The position numbers and the translations under genes were made by a program. A DNA stretch of 64,000 nt, from sequence record AP019521.1, one strand, 5' to 3'. The stretch is from Escherichia phage KIT01. Under the pieces are notes generated by a model. The model did not search any database and was not told where the DNA came from. It worked only from the letters and a program-made list of their open reading frames with translations. Positions 8,308 through 17,493 of the stretch are shown piece by piece (the first letter of the stretch is position 1; every line of letters begins with the position of its first letter).

Positions 8308-9639
8308 TCAAACGTAATAGGCATCATTACGAGCACGAGTAATACTAACATAAGCCAGCTGTGAAGCTAAATTCGCATCAGCCATGTGCATACATGGAGT
8401 ATAGATGAAACTGTTCTGGACTGTGAGGCCCTGCGATTTATGAACAGTGCTCACAGGAAGAGCTCGAACCTTAGTAAACATTCTCTTAGCTTTCCAGAAA
8501 TCAGCCCACTTAGGTTTCTTACCTGTTCCACGCATAGCTTTGTATTCAGTAGCAACCTTAGCCAAGAAATAATGGAACTTCTCTACTGAAGCCTCATCGA
8601 TGACCTTTAAATGCTCTACATAGTACTCGTCGTCTTCATCGACGGATTCTACTTGCAGGTCCCAGTAATTAATCATTTGTCGAGTGCCTACATCCTTGGC
8701 AGACAAGAACAATGAGGTGTGGTTCACATCCAGAATACGAACCATTTGGCCATTGTTAAAAATGGTTTCAGAGAATTTCTTACCGTCATATTCAAGCTCC
8801 TTAATAAAAGGCTCTTGCATCACTAGGATTTCGCCCTTGATATAAGGTGCATCGGTTTCATAAAGCTTTTTACGAATAATGCTATTCAGCTTTTCAACTG
8901 ATTTATTTGTATAAGCAAACATCCTATTCTCGAACAGGGCATCTGCGTCTTTTACAATGGAAAAATAATTCATCATAAAATCTTTTAAAGCCGTTTGAGA
9001 TTTAAAACCGTGGACACCATGGTCTTCGAATATACAATCTCTAAACCATCCACCATTACGGATTTCGGTGGCAACCTCAATGATAGGAGCATTACTACGC
9101 ATTACTTCAGTCAAATGCAATTGCTTAATTTTTGGGTGTGTAAAGAACGGAGACAACTGCGGACTACCATCACTTCCAGGTTCCACTGGCTGTAGCTGAG
9201 CTCTGTCGCCAATCCCTAATACAGTACACCATGGCGGCACGGAAGATTCAATAATCTTAAACAGCTTACCGTCAATCATCGAGCCTTCATCAACAACTAG
9301 CACATTACATTTACTCAAATCAGGAGCTTCGCGTTGTTCAAAGATGTCCTGGTCTTCGTATGTAGTAGGGTTAATCTTTAGAATTCTGTGGATTGTTGAT
9401 GCTTCTTGACCTGCGAGTTTCGACAACACCTTTTTGGCCGCATGAGTAGGTGCAGTCAAAATAACTCCGAGTTCACCATTCTTGACTAAATGGTCAAGGA
9501 TAAATTTGGTAAGGGTTGTTTTACCTGTACCAGCAGGACCGTTCAATGTAATCCATTCGCCCTTACGCCGTTTAATAGCTTCAATGATTTCTTTAAAGGC
9601 CGTCCTCTGGCCGATGTTCAAGTCTTCAAATGTAATCAT
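8308..9639 (-). CDS. dda: Dda DNA helicase (SF1)
   Basis: 443 aa; Walker A GPAGTGKTT, N-terminus MITFEDLNIGQ...close to T4 Dda. Confidence 0.9.
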   Translation of the reverse strand: MITFEDLNIGQRTAFKEIIEAIKRRKGEWITLNGPAGTGKTTLTKFILDHLVKNGELGVILTAPTHAAKKVLSKLAGQEASTIHRILKINPTTYEDQDIFEQREAPDLSKCNVLVVDEGSMIDGKLFKIIESSVPPWCTVLGIGDRAQLQPVEPGSDGSPQLSPFFTHPKIKQLHLTEVMRSNAPIIEVATEIRNGGWFRDCIFEDHGVHGFKSQTALKDFMMNYFSIVKDADALFENRMFAYTNKSVEKLNSIIRKKLYETDAPYIKGEILVMQEPFIKELEYDGKKFSETIFNNGQMVRILDVNHTSLFLSAKDVGTRQMINYWDLQVESVDEDDEYYVEHLKVIDEASVEKFHYFLAKVATEYKAMRGTGKKPKWADFWKAKRMFTKVRALPVSTVHKSQGLTVQNSFIYTPCMHMADANLASQLAYVSITRARNDAYYV

Positions 9640-9935
9640 GCCAATTTTACTCGCTTAACATATAAAGTGTCTAAAACTAATTTAAGTTCTCGGGCTCGTT
9701 CTTCGGTAGGATATACTGTTTTAGTTTCCCACTTATCAAACCACCATTTTCTAGGTGTGCACACTCTTTCAATGCGTCCCTTACTTAAATATCGTTTTGT
9801 AGTGTATGAATACCCTGCGCATTCGAAATCAGCAGCGGCTTTTGTGGAATATAAGGTCACCTTTCCGTCATATTCCAATGGAATTTCATACCCATCTTTG
9901 TCTTTGTGAACTAATACGTATGCATAATACATCAC
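9636..9935 (-). CDS. hypothetical protein
   Basis: 99-aa ORF immediately after upstream stop. Confidence 0.4.
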   Translation of the reverse strand: MMYYAYVLVHKDKDGYEIPLEYDGKVTLYSTKAAADFECAGYSYTTKRYLSKGRIERVCTPRKWWFDKWETKTVYPTEERARELKLVLDTLYVKRVKLA

Positions 9936-9936
9936 G

Positions 9937-10683
9937 TTAACCTCTAATCAATGAAAAAATTGAAGCATTCAGCGGAAGACCTTTTTTCAACTTCATTTTA
10001 TCAATAAAAGAAAGGTGTTCTAAACGCTCCAGACCTTGAATAATTTTATCATACATGTCGTAACGCGTTTCTGCTTCAGACAATTTAAACTTGACACGCC
10101 AATCAGGTCCACCAATTAAAGATTTAAGACCCTTTTCCATAGTACCGATTGAAGCATTAGAACCGTGGATACGGGCCTTAACCGCGATGACAGAAGGGGT
10201 CTTATCAGTAGCTCCTGATTTAATAAGGTCCTTAAGACGTTTTTCACGCTTTTTAAGACCTCTTTGGGTATCTTTAATATTTTTAACGATTTTACGAATT
10301 TTATAATAATTATCTGGGGTAACTTTAAAACTATTAGGCATTTTAGAACTACCTGAAATACGGACCGCTAAACGGGTCTGGGCTCGTTTCAATTCATCTA
10401 GAGACAAATCGGCCCGTAAGCTGTTATACTTGATTTTAACTGGGATTACATTACCCTCAATATAACCGATATCGTTGTTAAAACGTTCAAATGAAATCTT
10501 ATCACTAACTGAATTCTCATCAAAGCGCTCGCCTGAATAAGCACACACTTTTTGTTCGAGAAGTCTACGAACATACTTACTAGACAGATTGAAGTCCTTA
10601 CCGCGTTTATAAGCAGAAGCTTTGGTGTGTTTGCGGCGGTTGTAAACCTTTAACTCAAATTCAGTAGTCATGATATTTCTCAT
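9937..10683 (-). CDS. hypothetical protein in the srd position (Srd-like is position-based only)
   Basis: 248 aa basic protein between dda and modA-like genes; no motif recognised with confidence. Confidence 0.35.
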   Translation of the reverse strand: MRNIMTTEFELKVYNRRKHTKASAYKRGKDFNLSSKYVRRLLEQKVCAYSGERFDENSVSDKISFERFNNDIGYIEGNVIPVKIKYNSLRADLSLDELKRAQTRLAVRISGSSKMPNSFKVTPDNYYKIRKIVKNIKDTQRGLKKREKRLKDLIKSGATDKTPSVIAVKARIHGSNASIGTMEKGLKSLIGGPDWRVKFKLSEAETRYDMYDKIIQGLERLEHLSFIDKMKLKKGLPLNASIFSLIRG

Positions 10684-10697
10684 CTTACGGACGATTA

Positions 10698-10738
10698 GTT
10701 GATATGTCTATAGTATCAAGTTACTCGATAAAGTAAAC
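10698..10738 (-). promoter_or_regulatory. early promoter cassette
   Basis: gttgatatgtctatagtatca core; gtaaac 10733-10738; 17-nt spacer. Confidence 0.55.
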
Positions 10739-10807
10739 ACTTTTTTGCTTTAAATTTTCGACGGTATAATGAATCAAGGACTTTGCCTTTCAATTAAACT
10801 GGGTGGT

Positions 10808-11422
10808 TCAGTAAGAAAGAACGGAAAGATTCCAAATGGTGTAATTATTCCATTTAGGATTTCTCTCAATAGAGTCTACGCGCAGCGTAGTTCCCGCAGG
10901 GAACATCATCTCATCTTCATCATTGATTAATTGTAAGTTTGCTATACGGGTAGATTCAGGAAATGCGCCTGGGAACTCTTCAGGGGGCGCAGCACATAAC
11001 ATTTTAAAGATTTCTTCCTGATAATTGTACACAAATGGTGCATCATTAATACAAAAGATATTAAATGTTCCATAGAAGTTATAAGATGCAAAATTCCTTG
11101 CCACGTTGAAGTCTTTAGAGAAGCTCATCACGCGGTCGAATTCAATTACCGCACCTACACACATTGTGGATTCTAGATACTTCATAGTCTTTTTAGATAT
11201 GCCGCGATAGAGCTTATCAGGCACTACAGAAGTCAGGTTCTTACGGATGATTTTGTTCAGAGTTTCCTGGATACAATCTGGTTTATTTTCCATGCACTGC
11301 CAGAGGGTACTCTGTTCTAAATCAGAATACACCTCATCAATTTCTATCTGAGTATTCTCACGGAAATCATCGCATTTGACATTGTTGATAAATTCTGCTA
11401 ATTTATGGCTCGGATATAACAT
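10808..11422 (-). CDS. ADP-ribosyltransferase, ModA/ModB-like
   Basis: 204 aa; R-S-E triad candidates (LYRGI, SFSKDFNVARNFA, acidic QEEIF) and T4 mod locus position. Confidence 0.6.
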   Translation of the reverse strand: MLYPSHKLAEFINNVKCDDFRENTQIEIDEVYSDLEQSTLWQCMENKPDCIQETLNKIIRKNLTSVVPDKLYRGISKKTMKYLESTMCVGAVIEFDRVMSFSKDFNVARNFASYNFYGTFNIFCINDAPFVYNYQEEIFKMLCAAPPEEFPGAFPESTRIANLQLINDEDEMMFPAGTTLRVDSIERNPKWNNYTIWNLSVLSY

Positions 11423-11445
11423 ATTATTCTCCTCAGTTGATAGAA

Positions 11446-11477
11446 AGATAGTACCACAAGCTTCCTTGCCTGTAAAC
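11446..11477 (-). promoter_or_regulatory. early promoter cassette
   Basis: gtaaac 11472-11477 with gttgatag...atagta core upstream of modA-like gene. Confidence 0.5.
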
Positions 11478-12046
11478 TAAAAATTCAACATTTTTAAATG
11501 AATTGTTTTGTACTCGATGTCATACGGGTCTCTTTTGATGGTTTCGATTGCAACAATCTCAAATCGTGATAGGCTGGAGACCATGAACTCACATTCAGTT
11601 TCGACCATATCATAGAGGTCAATACGAGTTTCATCAATTTCAAGTTCATCTACATTCCCAGCAAGAACAAGGTCGATAGCATGATTGTAGTAGTCGAAAA
11701 TGAACGGTGCATTCCTGAGACTTAAAATGGTTTTGGTTCCGTATTCCCATGACCCTGCGAACTGACGAGCCTGAGAGTATTGTGTACTAAAAGAAGTAAC
11801 TCGACCAGGAGACCATTGACACCCTACTGAAAGGAGCTCTAATTGCTCAAGTTCTCTGGTGGTAATCCCACGATACAACTCTACCGGAACCGCTGAAGTA
11901 ACATGCTTACGAACCAGTTTGTCGAGGTCGTAATGGAAGTTAGGGTCCTTTTTAGCATCCAGACATTTTTCTAAAAGATTCTGTTCATGTTTTGAGAATT
12001 TGGAATTGATTCGGTCTTGGTAAAGACATTTTTGTTCGATGTTCAT
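11477..12046 (-). CDS. ADP-ribosyltransferase, ModA/ModB-like paralog
   Basis: 189 aa; LYRGIT, SFSTQYSQARQFA; tandem with 10808..11422. Confidence 0.6.
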   Translation of the reverse strand: MNIEQKCLYQDRINSKFSKHEQNLLEKCLDAKKDPNFHYDLDKLVRKHVTSAVPVELYRGITTRELEQLELLSVGCQWSPGRVTSFSTQYSQARQFAGSWEYGTKTILSLRNAPFIFDYYNHAIDLVLAGNVDELEIDETRIDLYDMVETECEFMVSSLSRFEIVAIETIKRDPYDIEYKTIHLKMLNF

Positions 12047-12061
12047 ATGACCTCCAGTGAT

Positions 12062-12099
12062 TTAGAGGTCATTATAACATGAAGGGAGGAGGTGTAAAC
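12062..12099 (-). promoter_or_regulatory. early promoter
   Basis: gtaaac 12094-12099, 17-nt spacer, TATAAT (plus attata 12071-12076) upstream of modB-like gene. Confidence 0.55.
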
Positions 12100-12353
12100 T
12101 ACTTAAACACACCAAGTGGGACGCCAAACACTGCAATGTCAGCAGCCATGCCTAATGAGGATTGGGTATATGAAGTATAAGAGCTTTTTGATTCATAAGA
12201 GCTTTTTATTTCCGGCTCTCTGGCCGTAATCTTAGGGGCTTTCGCCTGAATATTTTTTTGCTCGATTTCCTTACGAGCCTGTTTACGGTCGATATCCAAC
12301 GCCGATGTAGGTATATTAATCAGCCAATTCATTATTTTACCCAAGGAGCCCAA
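12099..12353 (-). CDS. hypothetical protein with Ser/Tyr-rich segment
   Basis: 84-aa ORF; SSYESKSSYTSYTQSS low-complexity. Confidence 0.4.
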   Translation of the reverse strand: MGSLGKIMNWLINIPTSALDIDRKQARKEIEQKNIQAKAPKITAREPEIKSSYESKSSYTSYTQSSLGMAADIAVFGVPLGVFK

Positions 12354-12520
12354 GGTGGAGGGTCTAAGTAATAAGAAGCAAGGTCACTAAGGACCTCTTT
12401 AGGCAACTTAAACCCATGCTTCTGTATAATCATATCAAGTTCGTTGACAAGGTCAACAGGCGGCTCCTGAGTTGTTTCAGGCTCAGGGTCCGGAATGACA
12501 AACATATCAAATAAGTCCAT
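12332..12520 (-). CDS. hypothetical protein
   Basis: 62-aa acidic ORF. Confidence 0.4.
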   Translation of the reverse strand: MDLFDMFVIPDPEPETTQEPPVDLVNELDMIIQKHGFKLPKEVLSDLASYYLDPPPWAPWVK

Positions 12521-13011
12521 TAGTAGCCACCGATAGGGCCGTAACCGTACATACGAGCTCGTAACTTAGCATCACGAATAGCTTCTTCGGTCGGGGTAAA
12601 ACGCAATCCAATATCAAAGTGTTTCCAAATCTGACATTCTATTTCTATCAGGTCTTCGACGGCAGAAATCAGATAAGTACGACCTTTAAGACGTTCGTTG
12701 GACATTCTATCGGTATCTTTATAGAAAATGTCCATTGTTCCTTCAGCATACGAGTCAGCCGGATAACGATAGCCTTTGATATGTAAGGCTTGAGCCACAC
12801 TAAAAGGACAACCCTCAGCAACATCAACGTTTTGATTATGGCGTACTTTCATCATAACATTTTCTGGAAGCTTAGTATCTTTTAAGCGCGTTTCTAACTG
12901 GGTGATAGAATTCATACCGTTGTCGACAAGGATAAGACTTACCGTAGCATCATAAGGACGCGTTTGACCGGCAGAATCCCGTACATGGAATTCGAGTTCA
13001 TAGACTTTCAT
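12520..13011 (-). CDS. hypothetical protein
   Basis: 163-aa ORF. Confidence 0.45.
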   Translation of the reverse strand: MKVYELEFHVRDSAGQTRPYDATVSLILVDNGMNSITQLETRLKDTKLPENVMMKVRHNQNVDVAEGCPFSVAQALHIKGYRYPADSYAEGTMDIFYKDTDRMSNERLKGRTYLISAVEDLIEIECQIWKHFDIGLRFTPTEEAIRDAKLRARMYGYGPIGGY

Positions 13012-13165
13012 TATGTTTTCCTCTTCTTAGTTTACCTACTAAAGGACCATCCGGAATTTTATTTTCTTGGATGTATTTCTCGTTTTCTTCCATCATTTTA
13101 CTACCAATTTCAAGAAGCAAATCCAGTGCCTCTTTAGCATGTTTTTCAGCCTCTTCAGTAGTCAT
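12998..13165 (-). CDS. small hypothetical protein (55 aa, below ORF-track cutoff)
   Basis: ATGA start/stop overlap with upstream gene at 13162-13165 and stop overlapping next start; read manually. Confidence 0.3.
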   Translation of the reverse strand: MTTEEAEKHAKEALDLLLEIGSKMMEENEKYIQENKIPDGPLVGKLRRGKHNESL

Positions 13166-13362
13166 GATTTATCCCCATAGATGTCACGCATAATTCTAAG
13201 AGCTTCGCGTTCTAATTTCTTTTCGCGTTCTTCACGGATACCTTTAAGAATCCATTCTTCGGACTCGCGTTTCATTTCTGCATTGGCTTGGTCTAACCAC
13301 CCATCGTCAAGATAATCGCCAGGACGGTCTAGCCAATCTTTAAGCCATGATAAAGGTTTCAT
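13162..13362 (-). CDS. hypothetical protein
   Basis: 66-aa ORF. Confidence 0.4.
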   Translation of the reverse strand: MKPLSWLKDWLDRPGDYLDDGWLDQANAEMKRESEEWILKGIREEREKKLEREALRIMRDIYGDKS

Positions 13363-13685
13363 TAATCACACGAGCCGGACGATGAGTCACAGCTTCCCGA
13401 GTCATAAGATGAATAAGAAGAATCACCAGTCCATGAACTAACAGCAGCCGCAACCATAATAGGAGTGGTATCAATATGGCTTGTGCGACGAGCTTCTAGA
13501 TGTTCTTTAAACTTTTTAGAATTCAAAGGAAGGGTGCCCAGGCCTACATTATCTGCTTTTTCAGGTTGACGGATAACTTCTTCCATCATACCATCGCCTA
13601 CATAAACATATTCCTTCGGGCCTGAGATAGGAACCACCCCTTCGCCGGGTTTGGTCTTGAAAAAATTCTTAAGCCAACGAATCAT
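13362..13685 (-). CDS. hypothetical protein with Ser/Cys/Tyr-rich C-terminal tail
   Basis: 107 aa; tail SSYSSYDSGSCDSSSGSCD. Confidence 0.4.
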   Translation of the reverse strand: MIRWLKNFFKTKPGEGVVPISGPKEYVYVGDGMMEEVIRQPEKADNVGLGTLPLNSKKFKEHLEARRTSHIDTTPIMVAAAVSSWTGDSSYSSYDSGSCDSSSGSCD

Positions 13686-13891
13686 AGGAAACCTCGTTTA
13701 AATTCAACTTTATCGATATCATCAGTCTCGTGACGGATTTCGGCATTAAATTCGATAGAACCGTCTTCATGCATCATAAATGAATGGACGATAACTTCGG
13801 TATACCAAGGAGTATAAAAGTACTTTTTCAATACATGGTTAGCGATAATTTCATCCAAAGTTTTATTAGGTTTAATCCAACGATTTAACAT
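13682..13891 (-). CDS. hypothetical protein
   Basis: start set at MLNRWIK after GAGGAG SD. Confidence 0.4.
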   Translation of the reverse strand: MLNRWIKPNKTLDEIIANHVLKKYFYTPWYTEVIVHSFMMHEDGSIEFNAEIRHETDDIDKVEFKRGFL

Positions 13892-13954
13892 AGTGTTCTC
13901 CTCTATAAGGTAAGACCATCTTAACACAACCTTCCTAGAAAGTAAACCCTTAAA

Positions 13955-13982
13955 ACGAAAAAAGGAACCCGAAGGTTCCTTA
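13955..13982 (-). terminator. intrinsic terminator after soc
   Basis: minus GGAACC-UUCG-GGUUCC followed by UUUUUU. Confidence 0.6.
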
Positions 13983-13985
13983 TAA

Positions 13986-14219
13986 TTAAACTACTGGGGT
14001 CGGCGTGAACATTGCTGCGTTCTTAGTTCGCCAATCGGCTGCATCAGTTACTACAGTAGTGTAGGCTGCAACGGCCGAAGGAAAAGTCTGATAGTGTGCA
14101 TTTGCAATACGATGCTCGTTTGAATAGATTTCAAACGGGACTGACACTTCAACACCTTTAACTTCTTTACCTTCACCTGCTGGATGCGTAAAGGTTTTGA
14201 TATTAACGAAACCACCCAT
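13986..14219 (-). CDS. soc: small outer capsid protein Soc
   Basis: 77 aa; GFVNIKTF...AHYQTFPS...AAY matches T4 Soc; late promoter TATAAATA upstream and terminator hairpin downstream. Confidence 0.85.
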   Translation of the reverse strand: MGGFVNIKTFTHPAGEGKEVKGVEVSVPFEIYSNEHRIANAHYQTFPSAVAAYTTVVTDAADWRTKNAAMFTPTPVV

Positions 14220-14248
14220 AATTAACTCCTTTGTTGTTTAATTACAGG

Positions 14249-14260
14249 TGTATTTATAAC
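14249..14260 (-). promoter_or_regulatory. late promoter TATAAATA for soc
   Basis: plus tatttata at 14251-14258 = minus TATAAATA about 30 nt upstream of soc ATG and AAGGAG SD. Confidence 0.55.
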
Positions 14261-14782
14261 TTAATATCCTCGGTCTTGACGAGCAAAGTTCTCGGCATTT
14301 TTCAGATAATACAACTTAAAGATTTCTTCAGCAGTCAGACCAAGGCCTTGGAACATATTCAGAACAAAGTGCAGAATATCAATCATCTCGAATTTAATCT
14401 CGAGCTGGTCTTCAGGAGACAAATCGTTAATCAGGGTTTCACGACGTTCAGCATGTTGAGCTTTCCAAGGCTTCCATACTGCAGATGCATCTTTTTCACC
14501 ATTGCTCATACCGCCAAGAGAAGTCAGAAGTTCACGGAATTCGTCATCAATATAATCTTTCTGATTACGCAGCCAATCAACAACTTCACCTGCAGTGGCC
14601 AAATCATCAGGATGACGGTTATATTCAGGTTTATCTTTAGCCAAACGGACCTGTAATGATTTCTGCATATCAAGCATAACCTGCAGAGGGTCTTTATCTT
14701 CGTGAATCAGAGCATTAAAATAAGCTTCCTCAGCTTTATCAACACCTGCAATCAGTTGAGAACATTCATTAAAATGAGCCAT
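14261..14782 (-). CDS. 56: dCTP/dCDP pyrophosphatase (MazG-like)
   Basis: start at MAHFNEC as in T4 gp56; DPLQVMLDMQ, EIFKLYYLKN..ENFARQDRGY C-terminus matches T4. Confidence 0.85.
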   Translation of the reverse strand: MAHFNECSQLIAGVDKAEEAYFNALIHEDKDPLQVMLDMQKSLQVRLAKDKPEYNRHPDDLATAGEVVDWLRNQKDYIDDEFRELLTSLGGMSNGEKDASAVWKPWKAQHAERRETLINDLSPEDQLEIKFEMIDILHFVLNMFQGLGLTAEEIFKLYYLKNAENFARQDRGY

Positions 14783-14872
14783 TATATTTTTCCTTTTCAA
14801 TTCATTAGTAAGTTAGATAATTATAAACTGTCAGATTAAAGCGAATAAATAATAATTTAACAGGAGGATAAC

Positions 14873-15073
14873 ATGGGCAGTATTTTTTACCAAATCTGGA
14901 AATTGGCCGAAAAGAAAGACAAGAAAATGATGTTAGGTTTTCTTGCGCTAGACGTATTCCTTTGGAATCTTCTAGTAGTCCCTGTAGCCGCTAGCCAAGG
15001 GATAATTTTACCAGCGGTTACAATGGAACACGTGTTAAGCATAATTGGATTCTTTAGCGGAATTCCTGCCTAA
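14873..15073 (+). CDS. small hydrophobic protein (opposite strand)
   Basis: 66 aa; AGGAGG SD 5 nt before ATG; hydrophobic segments; convergent with gene 61. Confidence 0.4.
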   Translation: MGSIFYQIWKLAEKKDKKMMLGFLALDVFLWNLLVVPVAASQGIILPAVTMEHVLSIIGFFSGIPA

Positions 15074-16098
15074 ATTTTGGAATATTTCGAAAGTCTCATT
15101 TTAGCCATTAGACCTTGGGCTATATTAGCTTTCATATATGCCAGTACATCATTTATATCAGCTTTATCTTTCATAATCATATCATTTATATCTTTAGAAG
15201 GCCATGGAGCCTTGTCCCAGAATAGAACCCTTTCGCCGGCATCAACTAATCGTTGCATACGCTTAATTGTGTCAGGATGGCGGGGTTCATTGTCCATTAC
15301 CCAGGCGCGAGTTTCTTTACACGGAACCATAGCCAAGTCCAATGACCCACCGGTAATTGCTATTGCATTAGGTACGAATAATGAATCAATAGGACCCTCC
15401 ATTACCCATACCAACTGACGTTCGTCGACTGCATCCATTCCATATATTTTTGTAGCTTGGTCATGAGCTTTTATTGTAATATATTTTTGTGGAGCATCTT
15501 TACGTAAGGCTCGACCCTGGAAACTTTCTATTTGTTTATCCTTATTGAAAATAGGAATAACCAAACGTGGTTCAGGCATTTCTTTAGAATAGGTGCCCGG
15601 ATTCACAGAGTTAACTAATGCTGGCCATTCTTTAGTAAACCACAGCCGATTCCATTTATTTTCAGGAATGCAACGTAACGTCACATATTTGATAATAGGG
15701 TGGTCCTTTGGCATTCTATCTAATCGTTCACAGAAATTAAGCTTTTCGATGACGGGCATCTTAGCTTTAATTTTTTCAGATATCTCCACCTTAGGTGCAG
15801 CTTGTCTCCCGAACGATTGCTCTTTATGTTTCTCAAGAATATATTCGCGATATAAATCAGGCTCATATTCGTATAGATACTTCTTAATTCCTGCTGAATA
15901 ATCACAGTTAAAACAGTGCAGCATTACAGAGCCGTCATTAGCCGGATAGGCCCAAAAACGCGCTTTGTTCTCATCTTTTAGGGAGTCGCCACATACACGG
16001 CAACGACAGTTTAATTTAAAATCACTACCAGTTACTTGTCTGAATTTAGGTTGGTAATTCAAGGCACGTACAGCAAATTCTCTATCGACATATGACAT
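15070..16098 (-). CDS. 61: DNA primase
   Basis: 342 aa; zinc ribbon CRCRVCGD..HCFNCDY, Toprim region, C-terminus GLMAKMRLSKYSKI matches T4 gp61. Confidence 0.9.
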   Translation of the reverse strand: MSYVDREFAVRALNYQPKFRQVTGSDFKLNCRCRVCGDSLKDENKARFWAYPANDGSVMLHCFNCDYSAGIKKYLYEYEPDLYREYILEKHKEQSFGRQAAPKVEISEKIKAKMPVIEKLNFCERLDRMPKDHPIIKYVTLRCIPENKWNRLWFTKEWPALVNSVNPGTYSKEMPEPRLVIPIFNKDKQIESFQGRALRKDAPQKYITIKAHDQATKIYGMDAVDERQLVWVMEGPIDSLFVPNAIAITGGSLDLAMVPCKETRAWVMDNEPRHPDTIKRMQRLVDAGERVLFWDKAPWPSKDINDMIMKDKADINDVLAYMKANIAQGLMAKMRLSKYSKI

Positions 16099-16314
16099 TA
16101 TTTTTCCTTGGGCTCTAAATTAATAGAGCCATTATATCATTCGTTTTCGGATTTTTCTTTACGCTTTTTAGATGGGATTTGTTCAGGCCCTTTGTTGACG
16201 ACTGCGCCTGAGGTAGTTCCGGAGGCAATATCAGTAGGATTTCCACCTGCATCGCCTGCGACCATATCTTCGTTCATAACTTCTTTAAAAGATTTCATAG
16301 GCTCCTGGCCTTAT

Positions 16315-16506
16315 TTATATTACGAAAATAGCTTTATCACCATTTGCATCAGTGACTTCGTACGTATCTTCGTGATAAAGTGGAATAATCCAAGTCACAC
16401 CATCACTAGCAATAATATGGATAGCTTCTTGGTCTTTTGATACGATTTCATATTCTTCGAATAATTCGAATACAGAAATCTTAGAGCCCGTACACATTGC
16501 AGTCAT
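16315..16506 (-). CDS. hypothetical protein
   Basis: 63-aa ORF. Confidence 0.4.
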   Translation of the reverse strand: MTAMCTGSKISVFELFEEYEIVSKDQEAIHIIASDGVTWIIPLYHEDTYEVTDANGDKAIFVI

Positions 16507-16702
16507 ATTGTTCCCTTCTTTTAATCAGTTGGCGGTGAGCCTTTTTAAGTTTACGAATCTGACGTTTAGTCGGCCGTGCAACATAAGCTTGAGTAGTTAC
16601 TCGTCCAAAAACGCCGTACTTTGGTGAAGGAGAATCGATAAAGACTTCCCACTGACAAGAGTAACTATACACAGCTTTAGAGAATTGAGTTAAGACAAAC
16701 AT
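16481..16702 (-). CDS. hypothetical protein
   Basis: 73-aa basic ORF. Confidence 0.4.
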   Translation of the reverse strand: MFVLTQFSKAVYSYSCQWEVFIDSPSPKYGVFGRVTTQAYVARPTKRQIRKLKKAHRQLIKRREQYDCNVYGL

Positions 16703-16703
16703 A

Positions 16704-17147
16704 TTAACCTCGATTCATAAAGGCATTAAAAATCTGGTCGTCAATTGAATGAACCGGAGCTTCCAGAATTTTCAACAGACTGTTTTTGATATACTTGCTA
16801 GGGATATCCATATTAACGCGGTCGTTCAATTCGTTGTCCGGGTGGATATCTTTAAATTCGAATCCTTCAAATTCAACCTTGTCCGGAAACCCGTCAGCGA
16901 AAAAATAAACCAATTGGTGCATTGCATTGAGCGAAAATAATTTAGACTTAACAGCAATAAGTTCTTGCCAATGGTTTAATTCTCTGTTAAGAAGTTTATG
17001 AGCGAATACAATTCTATCGTCGCTATCAACAAGAAAATAACCTAGGTATTGGTGGTCGTCGCTCCAAAACATCCTGTAGGCTTGTGCGTTTGGATTTTTA
17101 CAACGAAGCTTTTTAATAACCAAAGTTCTGTTAATCATTTTACTCAC
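16704..17147 (-). CDS. hypothetical protein
   Basis: 147-aa ORF. Confidence 0.45.
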   Translation of the reverse strand: MSKMINRTLVIKKLRCKNPNAQAYRMFWSDDHQYLGYFLVDSDDRIVFAHKLLNRELNHWQELIAVKSKLFSLNAMHQLVYFFADGFPDKVEFEGFEFKDIHPDNELNDRVNMDIPSKYIKNSLLKILEAPVHSIDDQIFNAFMNRG

Positions 17148-17433
17148 CTGTCACCTCTTTAACGATATTTTTGTTATCGAAATTGGCATCACAATACAAA
17201 ACATAGTTATATTGCATAACACCACCTGAAGCTAATTGGTCTGACACTTCTTTAGCCATATCAGGGCGGTCACGTTTAGTGATGTTCATGATATCAGCAT
17301 AAATCTGATGTTCGACTGATTCTTGGTCTGCAGTCATAGACCATTCACAAAGGTCTTTATCCAATCCGGCAGTTACCGGAGCTGTGCCACATGATGCTAC
17401 TGTAAGGATTGCTGCGATTAATAACTTTTTCAT
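17140..17433 (-). CDS. secreted/periplasmic protein, spackle-like by size and position
   Basis: 97 aa; signal peptide MKKLLIAAILTVASC; T4 sp is also a 97-aa periplasmic protein near gene 61 (memory-based). Confidence 0.45.
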   Translation of the reverse strand: MKKLLIAAILTVASCGTAPVTAGLDKDLCEWSMTADQESVEHQIYADIMNITKRDRPDMAKEVSDQLASGGVMQYNYVLYCDANFDNKNIVKEVTGE

Positions 17434-17444
17434 AATGTTCTCCT

Positions 17445-17491
17445 CGGTAGTTGATAGGGGTAATATACTACATTACCCCTTTGATGTAAAC
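17445..17491 (-). promoter_or_regulatory. early promoter cassette
   Basis: gtaaac 17486-17491; gttgatagg core; ggggtaat / attacccc inverted repeat around -10. Confidence 0.5.
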
Positions 17492-17493
17492 TG

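Noticed and set aside
16139-16298. About 53-aa minus-strand ORF between gene 61 and the next upstream gene
   Set aside because: SD spacing is too short (AGGAGCCT-ATG) and the region also carries promoter-like elements; uncertain.
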